From contig CM022671.1 in assembly GCA_012295275.1 (NCBI GenBank), positions 31,062,001 to 31,126,000 on the forward strand: a stretch of 64,000 nucleotides of DNA, given 5' to 3'. Under the pieces are notes generated by a model, which saw only the letters and a list, made by a program, of their open reading frames with translations, was not told the origin of the DNA and ran no database searches. Origin of the DNA: Chrysomallon squamiferum. Lineage: Eukaryota; Animalia; Mollusca. The first letter of the stretch is position 1, and every line of letters starts with the position of its first letter. A program made the translations under genes and the position numbers. Below, piece by piece: positions 1 to 17,474 of this stretch.

Positions 1-651
1 ATCTTTCGCCAATCTGGAAGACTTTCGTTGATCAAATACAAGACAAATAAACAGAAATGAAACCTGACTGCGAGCGCGGGACGAACTGGTCATGAAATCA
101 TTTATTCTGAAAGCCAAATAAATAAACGAAGCAATGATGTTTGATACAGTGGAGAGTTTGAGGATATGTAAAGATAAGGTTGATGACTTTTGCCAATAAA
201 AATGTCTCCAGTTGATACGATAATTGTGATCACAATTTCAGTGGCAAATACACACGTATTATTATATTTGAACATACACGGGGCAAAAAAACAAATATAG
301 TAAATCAAGGCAGAGAGAGGGAAATTGAGGGAGAGAAAGAAAGAAAAAATGGATGGATGGATCGATCGATCGACTGATCGATAGATAGATAGAGAAAGAA
401 ATAGAGAAATAGAGATGGATAGATAGACAAATAAATAGAAATATAGACAGAAAAATATATTAAAAGATAGAGAAGTAGCTAGATAGCTAGATAGATCGAT
501 AGATAAATAGAAAGATAAAGAGATAGACAGATAGAGAAAGATAGATAAAAAGCACATAGATAGACAGACAGATAGATTGTGAGAGAGTAGAGATAAACAC
601 AGAAAAAAAAGACAAAAACAACGTCTCTGCTTCAGGGAAACCAGTAACAAC

Positions 652-2204
<1,553 letters not shown>

Positions 2205-2581
2205 TCAAACGTATGGCACGTGCTTTTAATTTAAGCATAAAAGTTTTATAATTCTTGAAGACTTGAAGTGAAATTATAGCATTTTAAAATCTGCAGGTGG
2301 TATAGTGAATGTTAAGCTTTCTAGGTTTTCTTTAACAAAATTCAGTGCATTAAATGTTAAAGATAGTACGTTTATTTATTGATTTCAACTTTGGTAAGAT
2401 AAGATTACGGTATTAAAATTCGTATAAACTGACAAGAAGAAGAAAAAAAAACTTTAAGAAAAAAGAAGAAAAAAGAAACAGAAATAATATAAAATAAAAT
2501 AAAAAAATAAATAAATAAATAAATAAAAATAAAAAAATTTAAAAGTAATAAAATTAAATTAAAATAAATAAATAAAATGTA

Positions 2582-2628
<47 letters not shown>

Positions 2629-3074
2629 ACAAAACAAATAAACAAAACAAAACAAAATAAAACAAAACAAAATAAAATAAAGCTACAATTCCTCCCATTG
2701 CGCAAAACAGACAGTCGTTCTTTATGTTCCTTTCGTGGAAAGTGGTCACAAGTTTTCCTAACAACACGTTATCAAGAGATGACGTTTTGTGTCAGTATTG
2801 GCTTTTATCGTCTTCGGCAAGCGACAGTGAAAACATAGATGTCTGAGTAACGTGACACGGGGTGGGGTGGGGTGGTGGAGGTTATCAGGGCGTTACACAG
2901 TCAGACTATTGTATCCTAAAACATTGCTACCGTGCCAACACTCTGTCATGTTAAATAAAAACAAAAACAAACAAACAAACAAAAAATACATGATTTTAAA
3001 TTCCTTGTACAAGTGATTCGGAGATTAATAATTACGTAAAATTATTTATTTCTTTTCGCACCCCACCTCTCTGC

Positions 3075-3154
<80 letters not shown>

Positions 3155-3531
3155 TACTCCCTATATCTATCTATCTCACTATATTTCTCGTCAGAGTTTG
3201 TTTGTTTGTTTTTATGCAATCATTAGACAAATGGAGAGAAAGACAGAAAGAGACCTAATACAGAAGGAAAAACAAAAAACGTGCAAGAAACACAAACTGA
3301 AAGAAAGAAAATTAGTAAAAAAAGAAAAGAAAAAAAAAAGAAGAATAACAAAGAAAATAAATCGGAGCGATTTTACTATTGCTGTATGTACAAAACGTAA
3401 GTCGATTCATCAGCCAAATATCTTGGGATTCGAACCTAGAGCTGTTCAACGTTAAATGTGTTAAACAAAAACCCTAAGAGATCGTGCCCTCGAAACAGTT
3501 AGACACGTCCATCAATCAGTCAAGCAAAAAT

Positions 3532-3621
3532 CCCGTTTGAAAACCAGAACGGCCCGTTTGAAAACCAGTACGGCCCGTTTTAAAACAAGAATGGCCCGTT
3601 TTGAAACAAGAATGGCCCGTT
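3532..3621. repeat. 21-bp minisatellite, ~4 copies (cccgtttgaaaaccagaacgg)
   Basis: Visible tandem periodicity. Confidence 0.85.
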
Positions 3622-3994
3622 AGGAAAAAGAACGTCGCGAATCGAAATAGCACACAATCGATTTCCAAAGCCGGACACGTGAAGATTTGGTTAGTGCGTC
3701 TTAAGTAATAAATGTCATCGCTGAAGATTGAATATCGTCGGTCTAGCAGCAACAACAGACACGATGAAGCCGTCGTCGTTCTGTCTCGCTCTGATCGTCA
3801 GCAACGATGAAATTAAGTTAACGCCACTTCGTACAAATAATCAACTAAACTGGGTTAATGGCCCTATTTTGTTGTATTAACCCTTCGCACGTCAGTGTTA
3901 AGTTTGACCAGATGACGAAAATCAAAGGCAGGCCGCGAGAAGATTTTTAATTTTATTGATACTTTGTGGATGAGTGTTTTCTTTTATGTTCAGT

Positions 3995-4710
3995 TAGTGT
4001 GAGTGTGTGTTCGTGAGTGTGTGTTTGTAAGTGTGTGTGTGTTTGCGAGTGTGTGTTTGTGGAGTGTATGTTTGTAAGTGTGAGTGTGTGTTTGCGAGTG
4101 TGTGTGTTTGTGAGCGTGTGTTTGTATGTGTGTTTGTGAGTGTGTGTTTGTATGTGTGTGTTTGTATGTGTGTTTGTGAGTGTGTGATTGTGAGTGTGTG
4201 TTTGTATATGTGTTTGTAAGTGTGTGTTTGTATGTGTGTTTGTGTGTTTGTATGTGTGTTTGTGTCTTTGTAAGTGTGAGTTTGTATGTGGTGTTTTGTG
4301 AGTGTGTTTGTATGTGTGTTTGTGAGTGTGTTTGTGTGTGTTTGTATGTGTGTTTGTATGTGTGTGTTTGTGAGTGTGTTTGTAAATGTGTGTTTGTATG
4401 TGTGTTTGTAAGTGTGTGTTTGTATGTGTGTGTTTGTATGTGTGTGTGAGTGTGTGTTTGTATGTGTGTGTTTGTGTGTTTGTAAATGTGTGTTTGTAAG
4501 TGTGTGTTTGTATGTGTTTGTGTGTGTTTGTATGTGCGTTTGTAAGTGTGTGTTTGTATGTGTGTTTGTGTGTGTTTGTATGTGTGTTTGTAAGTGTGTG
4601 TTTGTGAGTGTTTGTAAATGTGTGTTTGTATGTGTGTTTGTAAGTGTGTATTTGTGAGTGTGTTTGTAAGTGTGTGTTTGTGAGTGTGTGTTTGTAACAT
4701 TGTGTGTATG
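3995..4710. repeat. Complex TG-rich satellite (tgtgtgtttgta/tgag units)
   Basis: Degenerate 12-14-bp units. Confidence 0.95.
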
Positions 4711-5046
4711 AGTTGGGTGTTTGGTTAATGACGTATGTTATGGCTGGATTCATTATAAATAACTATAGGAAAGTTACAAAATTTAATTATAATAATAAGA
4801 AAACGCTACTATTACTATACTACTACTTAAGCAAAAGATACATTTCTGTTCAGATTTGTTAAATCCTTTTTCTTTATTTTTTAAATGTTTGTTATACTGT
4901 AAATAGAAATTTATTGATAGCATATACAAACACACAAACACACACTCACATACATTATATATGTGTATGTGTGTGTAGTGTGTGTTTACATAATATTATC
5001 ATTACACTTATACATATGCACACATTAATCCGTTTATATAAAACTG

Positions 5047-5127
<81 letters not shown>

Positions 5128-5379
5128 AGGGTGGGGTCGACAGATCAGCTTAATGAATTCTTAACGAAACAGCAACTTTCTTTGATATTTGTGAAAGCCG
5201 CTTTTCCCTGAATACAAAGAATCGCTGGTTCTTTGATCAAAGTTTGTGAAGATTAGTGAGAATGTTTTAGATCTGGCGAGTGAAATTACCAAGTTAATTC
5301 TAGCTTTTGTATGTGTGGTCGGCAGAAATCTTCTTTTATTAATGAGTGCAAGATATTATTATTGTTGTTGTTGTTGTTG

Positions 5380-5423
<44 letters not shown>

Positions 5424-6127
5424 TATTTCTGTTGTAATTTTTTAATGATGAAGTTATTATTATTATCATCTAGTGATGATGATGATTATTATTATTATTA
5501 ATAGTAGTAGTTGTAGTAGCAGTAGCAGCAGCAACGTTAGTATTAGTAGCAGCAGTAGTAATAGCAGTAGTAACAGCTGTTGTAGTATTGAAACATAAAA
5601 GAAAATTGACGATACACAACTGTTCCTACTCGACATGTAAACAATGCGGCGAGTGAGTGAACGCCACGCGGCTTGAAAGAGTAGTTCCGGTCTGGTGAGG
5701 ACAACACCCGCCAGCGCGAACTATGAAAATAGCGTCGGGGAAAAAAAACTCCGGTTTTCTGGTCTTTCCGGATTTCAGGACCCCGGATAATTGGTCCGGT
5801 ACCCGTACCATAAACACAACCGGCATATTTCGTTTTCGATCATAATTGTGCTGCAGGAGCAAAATTCTCTTGCGATTACAAGGGAGATCACTTGTCACAG
5901 GAAACTAAAAAGTGAAAGTTATAAAGATATTTTTTTTTTCTTTTTTTTTAATCCGACACATATCTTAAACCTAAATTCCATTTTCCTCTGTCTTACGTAT
6001 TTACTTTCTATTTTCTTTCTTTCTTATTTTGTTTTCTTCATTTTTGTTTTTTCTTTTGTTGTATAGCTTTACTTTTCTTTTTACTTTTTCTTCTTTATTA
6101 GCGTGAAATTCTAGGAACAATACAAAA

Positions 6128-6260
6128 CATAAGAATACGAACAAGAACAAATATACGAATAAGAACAAGAACAAATATAAGAATAAGAACAAGAATAAAT
6201 ATAAGAATAAGAACAAGAACAAATATAAGAATAAGAACAAGAACAACTATAAGAATAAGA
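6128..6260. repeat. 24-bp A-rich minisatellite (aagaataagaacaagaacaaatat)
   Basis: ~5 copies; a related degenerate tract lies at ~8970-9400. Confidence 0.8.
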
Positions 6261-7147
6261 AAAGTTTTGTTGTCCTAGATTAGTTTTTATATTTATTATA
6301 TTCGAGAACACATTCTTGCTATACGCAAGGGGAAATAATTCTGTTGTGGCCTTGCAAAACGGACATGCCGCTGACGAGCCTCGATCCCGCGGCGACAGAT
6401 TGGCAACACACTGTCGAAACGTGTTACTGCACGATCATGAAGACAACGTTAAAGAGAATTACTTAGACAAAAATAAACAATTTTGATGCTTCCGTGTTCT
6501 GTTTTATTTGCCGCTCAATCTTAATTTAAAGTTACGCTACAAAAAAAAAACTACCGGTGCAAAAAAAAAAATATCTTAGCACGTTCTATCTCTGCAGTGG
6601 TGACGTCATAACATACAGTGCGGACCAGTTCGTTCTAGTTTCTTCTAGAAATGTCAGAAAAAAAAGAAAAAAGAAAAAAAAATACATATACAGATATTAG
6701 TCCGCCAGTTATGAAGGGATAAAAATGGCGGCGTTCCAGTTTTTTGTAACAGTATTATTTTAATGTCAAACTGTAGCTAAGGATAATAGCTCGCCAGAAA
6801 TAACAAAAACGATAACCTGGAAGAATCAATAATTTTATAAGACCATTTATTCACGTTGTGGTATGCATGATGACGTCACGAGTGCGGTCGTGAATAGGCG
6901 AAAGGTAAAAGGGGCAAAGTGTTTTCAATCAGAATCATTTCATTGTCGTTATTAATTAAACAGATTATAGAACGGTCAAAATAACAAAAACAGTAACTTG
7001 GAAGAATAAATAATTTTATAAGTCCATTTATTCATACTGCCGTACGTGCACTTTAAAAAATCAAGCTGTAAAATAATAATAATAAAAAAAAAAAAAATTA
7101 TCTAACAGGCTTTCAGATACCGGTGCAGATTAATTTTGTGCACCGAC

Positions 7148-7181
<34 letters not shown>

Positions 7182-7421
7182 CACCAGTAACAAATGATCC
7201 GTCTAAATTTCTGTCACAATAATAAACATGAACGGATAAGCGATGTTATACAAACAAGAACCGTTAACATGAAGCCATTACCAACAGTTAATCATAGGCA
7301 GACGCTTTATTTGCTTTTCTCTAATCCTTGCATGCCTTGAGTCACTTGGCCCCGACTTGAACTTTCGTAATAAATTTTAATTCTGATCCGAGGCCAGATT
7401 TCAAGCACATGTGTTAGCGAG

Positions 7422-7470
<49 letters not shown>

Positions 7471-8166
7471 GATTTTAGGCCGTGTCTGTCTCCGTTTGTG
7501 TTGTGTCTATGTTTTGAAATATTGTGTGGTGATAGGTTTGTTTTAATTTTAATTTTTATAAATCATTTGTTTGTATAATTGTTTGTGTCTGAGTTTATGT
7601 GCGTGCGCATGTGTATATGTGCGTGTGTTTGTATCATGTGTGTGTGTGAGTGTATGTACGAATATATGTATGTGTATGTGTTTGTGAATATATGTATGTA
7701 CGTATGTATCTATGTATGTATGTATGTAGGTAGGTAGGTAGGTAGGTAGGTATGTCTGAGTGTGAATATAAAATACTTAAGTATATATATATATATGTAT
7801 GTAAGTAAGTAACAGTGTATGTTCAAATGTTTATATGTATGTATGTATTTATTAATATTCATATATGTATAAACACGCGAACACACACACACACACACAC
7901 ACACATATATGTGCATACATTACACATACACCAATTTACATAAACATAAAAATAAATGCATAAACAGCGTTTTATGCATCACAGTAAGTCGACAGGTATG
8001 TCAGTTATGTGTGCATAATAAGATACGCATGCATAACTCACGTACCTATCCACTTAGTCACAGATACACCCGCATTCTCTGAGTGTGACAACAATCTCCA
8101 ATCTCCTTTTATGACACGTAAACGTTTCTTCAGACCTTTGATTTATGAGGCAAAACATTTTCAAAA

Positions 8167-8250
<84 letters not shown>

Positions 8251-8251
8251 C

Positions 8252-8302
8252 TGGACTGGTAGTATATATATATATAGATTTTATATATATACTACCAGTC
8301 CA
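8252..8302. repeat. Inverted repeat tggactggtagtatatata/tatatatactaccagtcca flanked by poly-T and poly-A
   Basis: Directly visible; poly-T ~8168-8250, poly-A ~8308-8333. Confidence 0.8.
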
Positions 8303-8307
8303 AAGCT

Positions 8308-8349
<42 letters not shown>

Positions 8350-8662
8350 CTGAAAACTTGTAGCTTTTTCTTTGAAAGTTTACCACGCCTATCTGGCCAA
8401 TGAATCGAGCAGGCATTCCCTTGCTTATTATTTCAGCTTTTAATAAATATCACGCAAAAACAACAGAAAGAATCTCGACATGAAAACCACAGAGACCGTA
8501 CGAAAGATAAGGATTCTGTTTACACATATTCGCATATTTGAATAAACTGTTTACTGTTATGTTAAAGCTAACGCTATTTATTTATATTGATATGATCTGT
8601 GGTTTGTGTAAACTTTCTGCTACATATATATATATATATATATAAAGCTTGTTCCTAAGTTC

Positions 8663-8710
8663 AAATGCATTATGGAAATCGGGTACAGTTTGACATTAAG
8701 TTTTGTTTGG

Positions 8711-8777
<67 letters not shown>

Positions 8778-8831
8778 CATAAACCAAACAAAACTTAATG
8801 TCAAACTGCATCCGATTTCCATCATGCATTT
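8663..8831. mobile_element. MITE-like foldback: 51-bp inverted arms around a (TG)n(TA)n spacer
   Basis: Arms 8663-8713 and 8781-8831 are reverse complements with 3 mismatches. Confidence 0.65.
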
Positions 8832-8878
8832 ATATAGATCGATAGATTATTATTATTGTTGTTGTTGTTGTTGTTGTT

Positions 8879-8909
<31 letters not shown>

Positions 8910-10543
8910 AGGAATGTGTGTATGATAGGTTTCAGAAATTCTTGGATGGACATAAGCAGAAAAAGACAAAAAAGATAACAATAAGAAAATAAGAAAAACA
9001 GAAAGAAGAAAAAACAGGTTAGATTAACAGTAATAAGTAAATATAATAAGAAAACTGAAAAAGAACAGCTATAAGAATAAGAAAATGAACAAGAAGAAAA
9101 ATAAGAAGAAATACAATAAGAACAAGAAAAACTATAAAAATAAGAACAAAAACAAATATAAAAATTAGAACAAAAACTATTTAAGAATAAGAACCAAAAA
9201 TATAAGAATAATAAAACAAAAAACACAAATAATTATTAGAATAAGAACAAGAAAAACTAAGAATAAGTAAAGAACAATTATAACAACTAATAGATTAAGA
9301 ATATGAAAAAATATAAAAACAAGAAAAATATACGAACAGAAACAAAAACTTTCAAAATAAGAACAAAGTTAAATATGAAAAGAACAACCAGGACAGGATA
9401 AAAATAGGAACAATAAAAAAAAAATGGGGAGAAAAAAATAAATTAACTCAAATATGAATAATGTTTATAAAAAAAAATAAAAATAAAAATAAAAATCGCT
9501 TTAGTAACTAACAGAAATGGCGGACGTACACTGGACAGATATTGTAGAAAAATTACGCTTTTTAATACGCATCGCGAAAAAAATATAGGCTAAAACTCTT
9601 AGTAACATCTTGAAATGTGTTCAGTTCCTCTTTCAAGCATTACGCAAGTTTAATTACGTTAATCATGGAATCATGAGCATCAAAGGGAATTTCAAGTCGA
9701 TTGGATGTCATATTTCAGAAGCAAGTTTGTTTTTTTACTTTAAAGTTTCTGCAAACGTCTGATGCTTTTGAAACTGGAAAAGTCCTTATCGTGCGTGGAT
9801 TCAAGGAGAGGTTGGGGGGGGGTGTGTTTCACTAAGGACGCACCTTCCTCTCTCTGTGTGTATGTGCGTGTTTGCCTGTGAGTGTACATGAATAAACAGA
9901 AATATAGATAGACAGACGGACATGCAGAAGGATAAACATTCAGAAATAAACAAATATATAATTATAACCCCTACACACATATCTATCTCTATCTCTGTCT
10001 ATCGATCTATCTATCTATCTATCATCTTTATATATACACACACATATCTATCTATCTATCTATCTATCTATCTCTCTGTCTGTCTGTCTATCTATCTATC
10101 TCTCTATCTATCTCTCTATCTATCTGTCTATTTGTCTATCTCTCTATCTATCTATGTATCTATCTATCTATGCACAAACACAAAAACACACACACACAGA
10201 CACATGTGATGAAATGGTTGTCATAACAATACAATCATACCCCACCCTTTCTGCAACTCTGGATCCGTCTTTATTTGTACTTAAAAAAAGTTCTTATCAT
10301 CTGGAATGCCAGCAGAGCATCACACCTGTTTTTAACTATATTATATCTGAATGTCGAGAAGATCGAGATATTTACTGCTTGTCATTAATTATCTCCATGT
10401 ATCGACGTGTCATGTATATTTAATATCAGAGTTGGTGATAACATAGTAGACGTGTGTAAATGTGCTGGAGAGCGATTACAGGAAGAGAAGAAAGCAAGAG
10501 AGAGTCAGTAAATGAGTGAGAGAAGGATGGACGGAGGGGGAGG

Positions 10544-11617
<1,074 letters not shown>

Positions 11618-11749
11618 TCTAACAATTTTTCAATAAATATAACTGAAAGTATGCTATGAAAATCACCAGTGAATACAACAGAGATCACAGTTTATAAATA
11701 AAAATGAATCTTAATTATTTAGACCAGATTTGACCTAGGCCACTCACAC

Positions 11750-11780
<31 letters not shown>

Positions 11781-11819
11781 TATACACACCATCTATATTG
11801 CAAACCCTTATACAATTCA

Positions 11820-12300
11820 AATTATCTAGACCATAAATCTTCAAGACTTAATTAGACCACTTATTCAAATCTACATTTTATCTAGACCGCAACTAATCTA
11901 GACAATGCGTCAAATGGACAGAAGCTATCTAGATCACGTGGCATATCTACACCTTATCCAGACGACATGATTTCGAAATCATATATTATGACATGCAGAT
12001 GACAAGTTATGTAGGTCGTATGTCGTATAGATGACAAATTACGTAGATCGTATGTCATATAGATTACGTTATCTAGATCATATGTTAGCCAGAACAGATG
12101 TTATCTAGATCATATCATACAGACCACAAGTTATCTAGGACAATAGTTTATCTAAACCACACGTCAGAGAGTCTAATTCGTGGACTTTCTGCCATGTATG
12201 CTATGTTGTGTATAGTCCACAGTGACACAATTTAGACCAGATTTCATTATGGACCATATGTCAGGCGAGATGATGTGTCATCTAGAGTCTAGACCATAAG
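11820..12300. repeat. Degenerate minisatellite with ttatctagacca/ttatctagatca core
   Basis: Core recurs roughly every 20-25 bp. Confidence 0.65.
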
Positions 12301-13503
12301 ATATTTATACCTTAAACTCGTTCATCACAAAAGTATTCATAATGCTAAAAAAAAAATCCTCGAAAATAATGAAATAAGAATTTGTTTTTATTATTTTCTT
12401 TGAGTTCTTTAATATTTGTTTCATTTTTGTTTTGCTGTTTGTTTGTTGTTGTTTTTTTGTTTTTGTTTTTTTCATCTTCCAAGTGGCAGTGTGTTTTATC
12501 TTTGCTATCTTACACATGATTACATCACAACAGAAACATATCTGGATTTCTTTTAAGTATATTTCTTTCCTAATAGATTACGATTTGAGATAAAGTTAAA
12601 CGTTTTTTTTTTTGTTTCTCTCTTTCTGCGTGTTTTGCTATTAAGAAAAAAATGTCGAACATCTCAGAAATTTGTTAAAGTTTGAGTGGCAGATGTTTGC
12701 CTCATGTCGCTGGGAAACGCGAAAGAAAAATCAAGTGGATTAAGAAAACATATTTATCTTGCGATTTCCAAAATATTTAATTCTTATTAATGCTTTGGTT
12801 TAAGCTTTCCCATGATTTTTATGGATTATTAGCCTCGTTTGGGGTTTTCTTTTTTTAACAAGAAAGACGGTAATTGAGACAGGAAGAGATAGCGAAAGAA
12901 AGAAAGAAAAAGAAAAAGGAAAAAAAAAAAAGAGAGAGAAAAAAAGAACGATAAAGTTTCTTTTTAATACTTTTTTATATAATATTTTTATAGTAAAATT
13001 ATTTTCCTTTCTTTTTTTTTACTTATTTTCTTTCTTTAATTCTTTTCATTTTATTCTTCAATTTTATTTTATATTTTATTTTCATCCTTTCTTTCCTTTT
13101 TTCTTTTATTCTTTATTTCTTTTTTTATACCCTTCCTTAATTTTTATTCTTTCCTTTCATACACTTTCTTTCTTTTTTCCGCTCATTCTTTCCTTTACTT
13201 TTTGTATCCATTCTTTCTTTCTTTCATTCCTTCATTCATTCTTTCTTTCATCCTTATTATAATCCCTTTCTTTCCTTTTTCCTTCTTTCCTTTCTTTTCT
13301 TCTTTCTTTCTTTCCTTCCCTCCTTCCGTCTTTCTTCTCTTCCTCTCTTCTTACTTTCTATCGTATTTAACCTATCTCAGCTTTCTTCTTGTTTATTTTA
13401 TTTTATTTTCTCTCTAAATGAAAAAGACACTAAAATCTGCAGCACACCTGTTTGTCAGCTGCTGAACCGAATTTGGCCTAACTATCACAATTACTTATCA
13501 ACA

Positions 13504-13546
<43 letters not shown>

Positions 13547-13660
13547 AATATATGTATAAAACTTTCTAATTTCTTTAACGCTATTTTTAGCTGACCATTC
13601 ACGAGGACACGTGGCATGTTAATGGTTTCCCCGGGTTACTCCATAGCAACAAAAAAAAAA

Positions 13661-13699
<39 letters not shown>

Positions 13700-13733
13700 A
13701 TACATTTTTTTCCTATTTATGGCAGTGATATAC

Positions 13734-13825
<92 letters not shown>

Positions 13826-13880
13826 ATCTAATATTGTATATATATATATAGAGAGAGATGGGTTTTTCTGTCGGTCTGTG

Positions 13881-13996
<116 letters not shown>

Positions 13997-14154
13997 CTAT
14001 CTAACATACAGATAGGAAAATTCACAACATTAGACTACGAACAAGAATAACCCGAAACATTAGCTGCTCACATTAGCAAACTCACCAGTGAAACTCATCT
14101 CATTGTTATCACACAACCAATCAGCGCTTACTAAATCATTCTGCACATGGTGCA

Positions 14155-14245
14155 ATACCGTTATCTGAATATACCGTTATCTGAATACACCGTTATCTGA
14201 AATACACTGTTATCTGAAATACACTGTTATCTGAAATACACCGTT
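14155..14245. repeat. 15-16-bp tandem repeat (accgttatctgaaat-like), ~5 copies
   Basis: Visible periodicity. Confidence 0.85.
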
Positions 14246-15004
14246 AATCATAAAAATATCACCTTGTCGGCTCTTTCGAACCTGTTATACATCAAATTAT
14301 CTGAAACGAAGAAGAAAAGGAAATAATAAAAAAATAAAAAAAAAAAAAAATGAAGAAAGAAAGTATTTGTTTCCTTAGAGTTCTCAGTTAGGGAAGGAGA
14401 AAAGAAAAAAAGGGAAGGAGAAAAGAAAACGAGCAGAAACTGATTGAAAAAAAAAAGAAAAAAAAAAATGAAGGGAATAATGTGAGAATGTCTGAAAAAA
14501 AAATAAAAGAAGGAAAAACGAGCGAAACTGATTGAACGAATAAAAGAAAGAATGAAAAAGGTTTATGAAAGTATGTACACACACAAGAAATGAGTTAAAG
14601 ACTAAAAAAATAAAACAAGACAAAAAGAAAGAAGAAAAGGAAGAAAAGAAAAAATGAACGAAAGAATAAAAGAAGGAAAGAAATAAAGGCAGAAAGAAAA
14701 GAAAAAATGAATTAAAAAAAAGAAAACAAAAAAAAGAATGACGGAAAAAAACACGTTTTGACGACAGCACTGAGCCTTTGTTTCAAATAAAGTTGTTGTT
14801 GTTGTCTGAATCATTGTCGTTGTCGTCGTTTGTTGTTGCTGATGAACAACAACAACAAAAAAACGTTGTAAAATTTAAAAAATGAATACTGCGGTTGCTA
14901 GGCAAACTACTACTATTACTATGAATGACGAAAATTTAAAAACGTTTTAATTAATTAATTAATATTATTGTGTCGTTGTTATTATTATTGTTTATTATTA
15001 TTGC

Positions 15005-15104
<100 letters not shown>

Positions 15105-15211
15105 GGCTGAGCAAATAAGAAAGAATTGTAGGAAACATTGCAAGTATAGATTATATTAATGTCATTATTTTCTCTTTCTTTTTTCGTCCTTCTTTCATTC
15201 TTCTTCAACCT

Positions 15212-15243
<32 letters not shown>

Positions 15244-16162
15244 CAATCTTTCAATTTTACGTTTGTAAAGAATAATATGTTTACAAATATAAATAAAGGG
15301 AAAAACCCCAACTATTACATTTTGCACAGTGTCTTCAGTTCAAAAATGATATCACATGCAGATACCGTTATGTGTTTCGAGAACTGCATCCTGTTACGCA
15401 TAACAACTGCGGGCAGACAGTTATAAACGGTAAATTATATTTAGTAACCGTTTTCAATTATTTAACGGTTCCTCGGCAATTTCATAACCTGGAACAAATT
15501 GACTTCTTTTAAGTTGCCAAATACGTCAAGATGCCGCTTACTTGCTAATGATAATGCAGTGGTTTGCTTTGGTAAAGATGATGATGATGATGATGATGGT
15601 GGAATTAAATCACATATAATGAGATATAATATAATTGGGAGGATAATGATGATAAAATGATAGTAGTAGTATATAGTAGTAGAAGTAGTAGTTGTAGTAG
15701 TGAAAATAATAATTGTACTGGTTGTAATAGTAGTAGTATTAATAATAGAAGTAGTAATAATAAAAGTAGTAGTGATTAAGCTTGCGCAAATGCTCTAAAT
15801 AATATTTCGATCCGTCGCGCGCACACACACACAAACACACAAACACACACACCGACACACATCAGATATTAATACGCACGCACACAGTCACACACATACA
15901 CACATACACGAACGGACATGTACACAGGAATAGTTTCTTATTACGATTATTTCTTTCTTTTTTTTCATTTGTTTACTCTTTACTCACAGAAATTGAATTT
16001 ACCTGCAAATGTTATCTTTTCAAGAATCGCAGACTGTAAATTATTGGAGGCGTCTGCCTAAATGGAATCGTCATTCAGAACACTTTTAGAATTATCGTTT
16101 TATTAAAGTCAAGTAGTTTGTTTAAAGGTGAAAGGAAACTCTTCATGCTTTAAAAAGGCAGC

Positions 16163-16241
<79 letters not shown>

Positions 16242-16625
16242 ATTATATTTTTTGGCGTGAATGTACATTTACAGAAGATACAGACATTACACTACTTGGT
16301 CCGTACGGTAATATTCTCTTGGAGATACTGTAACCAGGAAGCCCTGGAAAAAGTTTAATATCAGATCTCTGTGTAAGACGATTTTCCATGCACAAACGTT
16401 AGTCAGTTTTAAGTAGTAATAGTCTGCTATTTTCATTATTAATCTGCATGATATTACATGCTGAGACTCTCAGGGCTTTGCAGCTGACGGGCCGGAGGTT
16501 ACGAAACCTGATTTGGTGTGAAAAAGTATTTAGGCTCCTTCTAGTGAGCAGAAAGCTATATATCGTCGTTTTATTTTTAACGTTAGAAATATTACTTTAA
16601 ATATAAAGTATTTTTGTCTTTCGAA

Positions 16626-16688
<63 letters not shown>

Positions 16689-16856
16689 TGATTTGTTTCA
16701 GTCGTTTGACATTTAAAGAGTCTTAATCTGAGAGTGTAACGGTACACATAATTTTTTAATTTTAAAGTTTAATTTTTTTTTAAACATTTAAATACAGCGT
16801 ATAAATTCATTATTGTAAGTTCAAAGATAAATTGTAAATATATGTAAAGCTACTTT

Positions 16857-16924
<68 letters not shown>

Positions 16925-17170
16925 CATAATTATGTGTAATAAATACGTGTACACAAAATAAAATATTCATAACATACATCAATTTCTATAAAAGCATTAC
17001 AAGTCTGTAGTGTGTGNGTATGTATGTGTGTACACGCGCATTTTTCTATCTTTCTTTATATGCACGCGCACGCATACTCACACGAATCATTGCGGTCGGT
17101 TGTGATATTATGAAAAATAAGATAAAAATTACGCCATTTCTCAGACCACCCAAGCGCATCGTCAAGGTTC

Positions 17171-17322
17171 GCGGAAAAGAAAACATCTCCGCACTGGGAT
17201 GTTTCGGGTAACAAGGTCCGCGGAAAAGAAAACATCTCCGCACTGGGATGTTTCGGGTAACAAGGTCCGCGGAAAAGAAAACATCTCCGCACTGGGATGT
17301 TTCGGGTAACAAGGTCCGCGGA
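17171..17322. repeat. 49-bp perfect tandem repeat x3
   Basis: gcggaaaagaaaacatctccgcactgggatgtttcgggtaacaaggtcc at 17171, 17220 and 17269. Confidence 0.95.
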
Positions 17323-17419
17323 TTTTATTATCTGCAGTCTCAAAACACGATCTGTACGGTCTAGTTGCAACGAGATTTCAGTTACCGTATTTACCGTTAT
17401 AAAATGAAGTCCGGGTTAA

Positions 17420-17474
<55 letters not shown>

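Noticed and set aside
3425-3437. tRNA gene (minus-strand GGTTCGAATCCC)
   Set aside because: Isolated B-box with no cloverleaf; at most a SINE remnant.
6365-6440. Hammerhead-ribozyme-like core (ctgacga...gaaac...atc)
   Set aside because: Stem II is followed by GACA rather than GAAA, stem III needs a bulge at the cleavage triplet, and no stem I can form.
17017-17017. Single N base
   Set aside because: Assembly ambiguity, not biology; it does flag some uncertainty in nearby repeats.
17171-17322. CRISPR-like array
   Set aside because: Contiguous identical units with no spacers, no cas genes, eukaryotic context.
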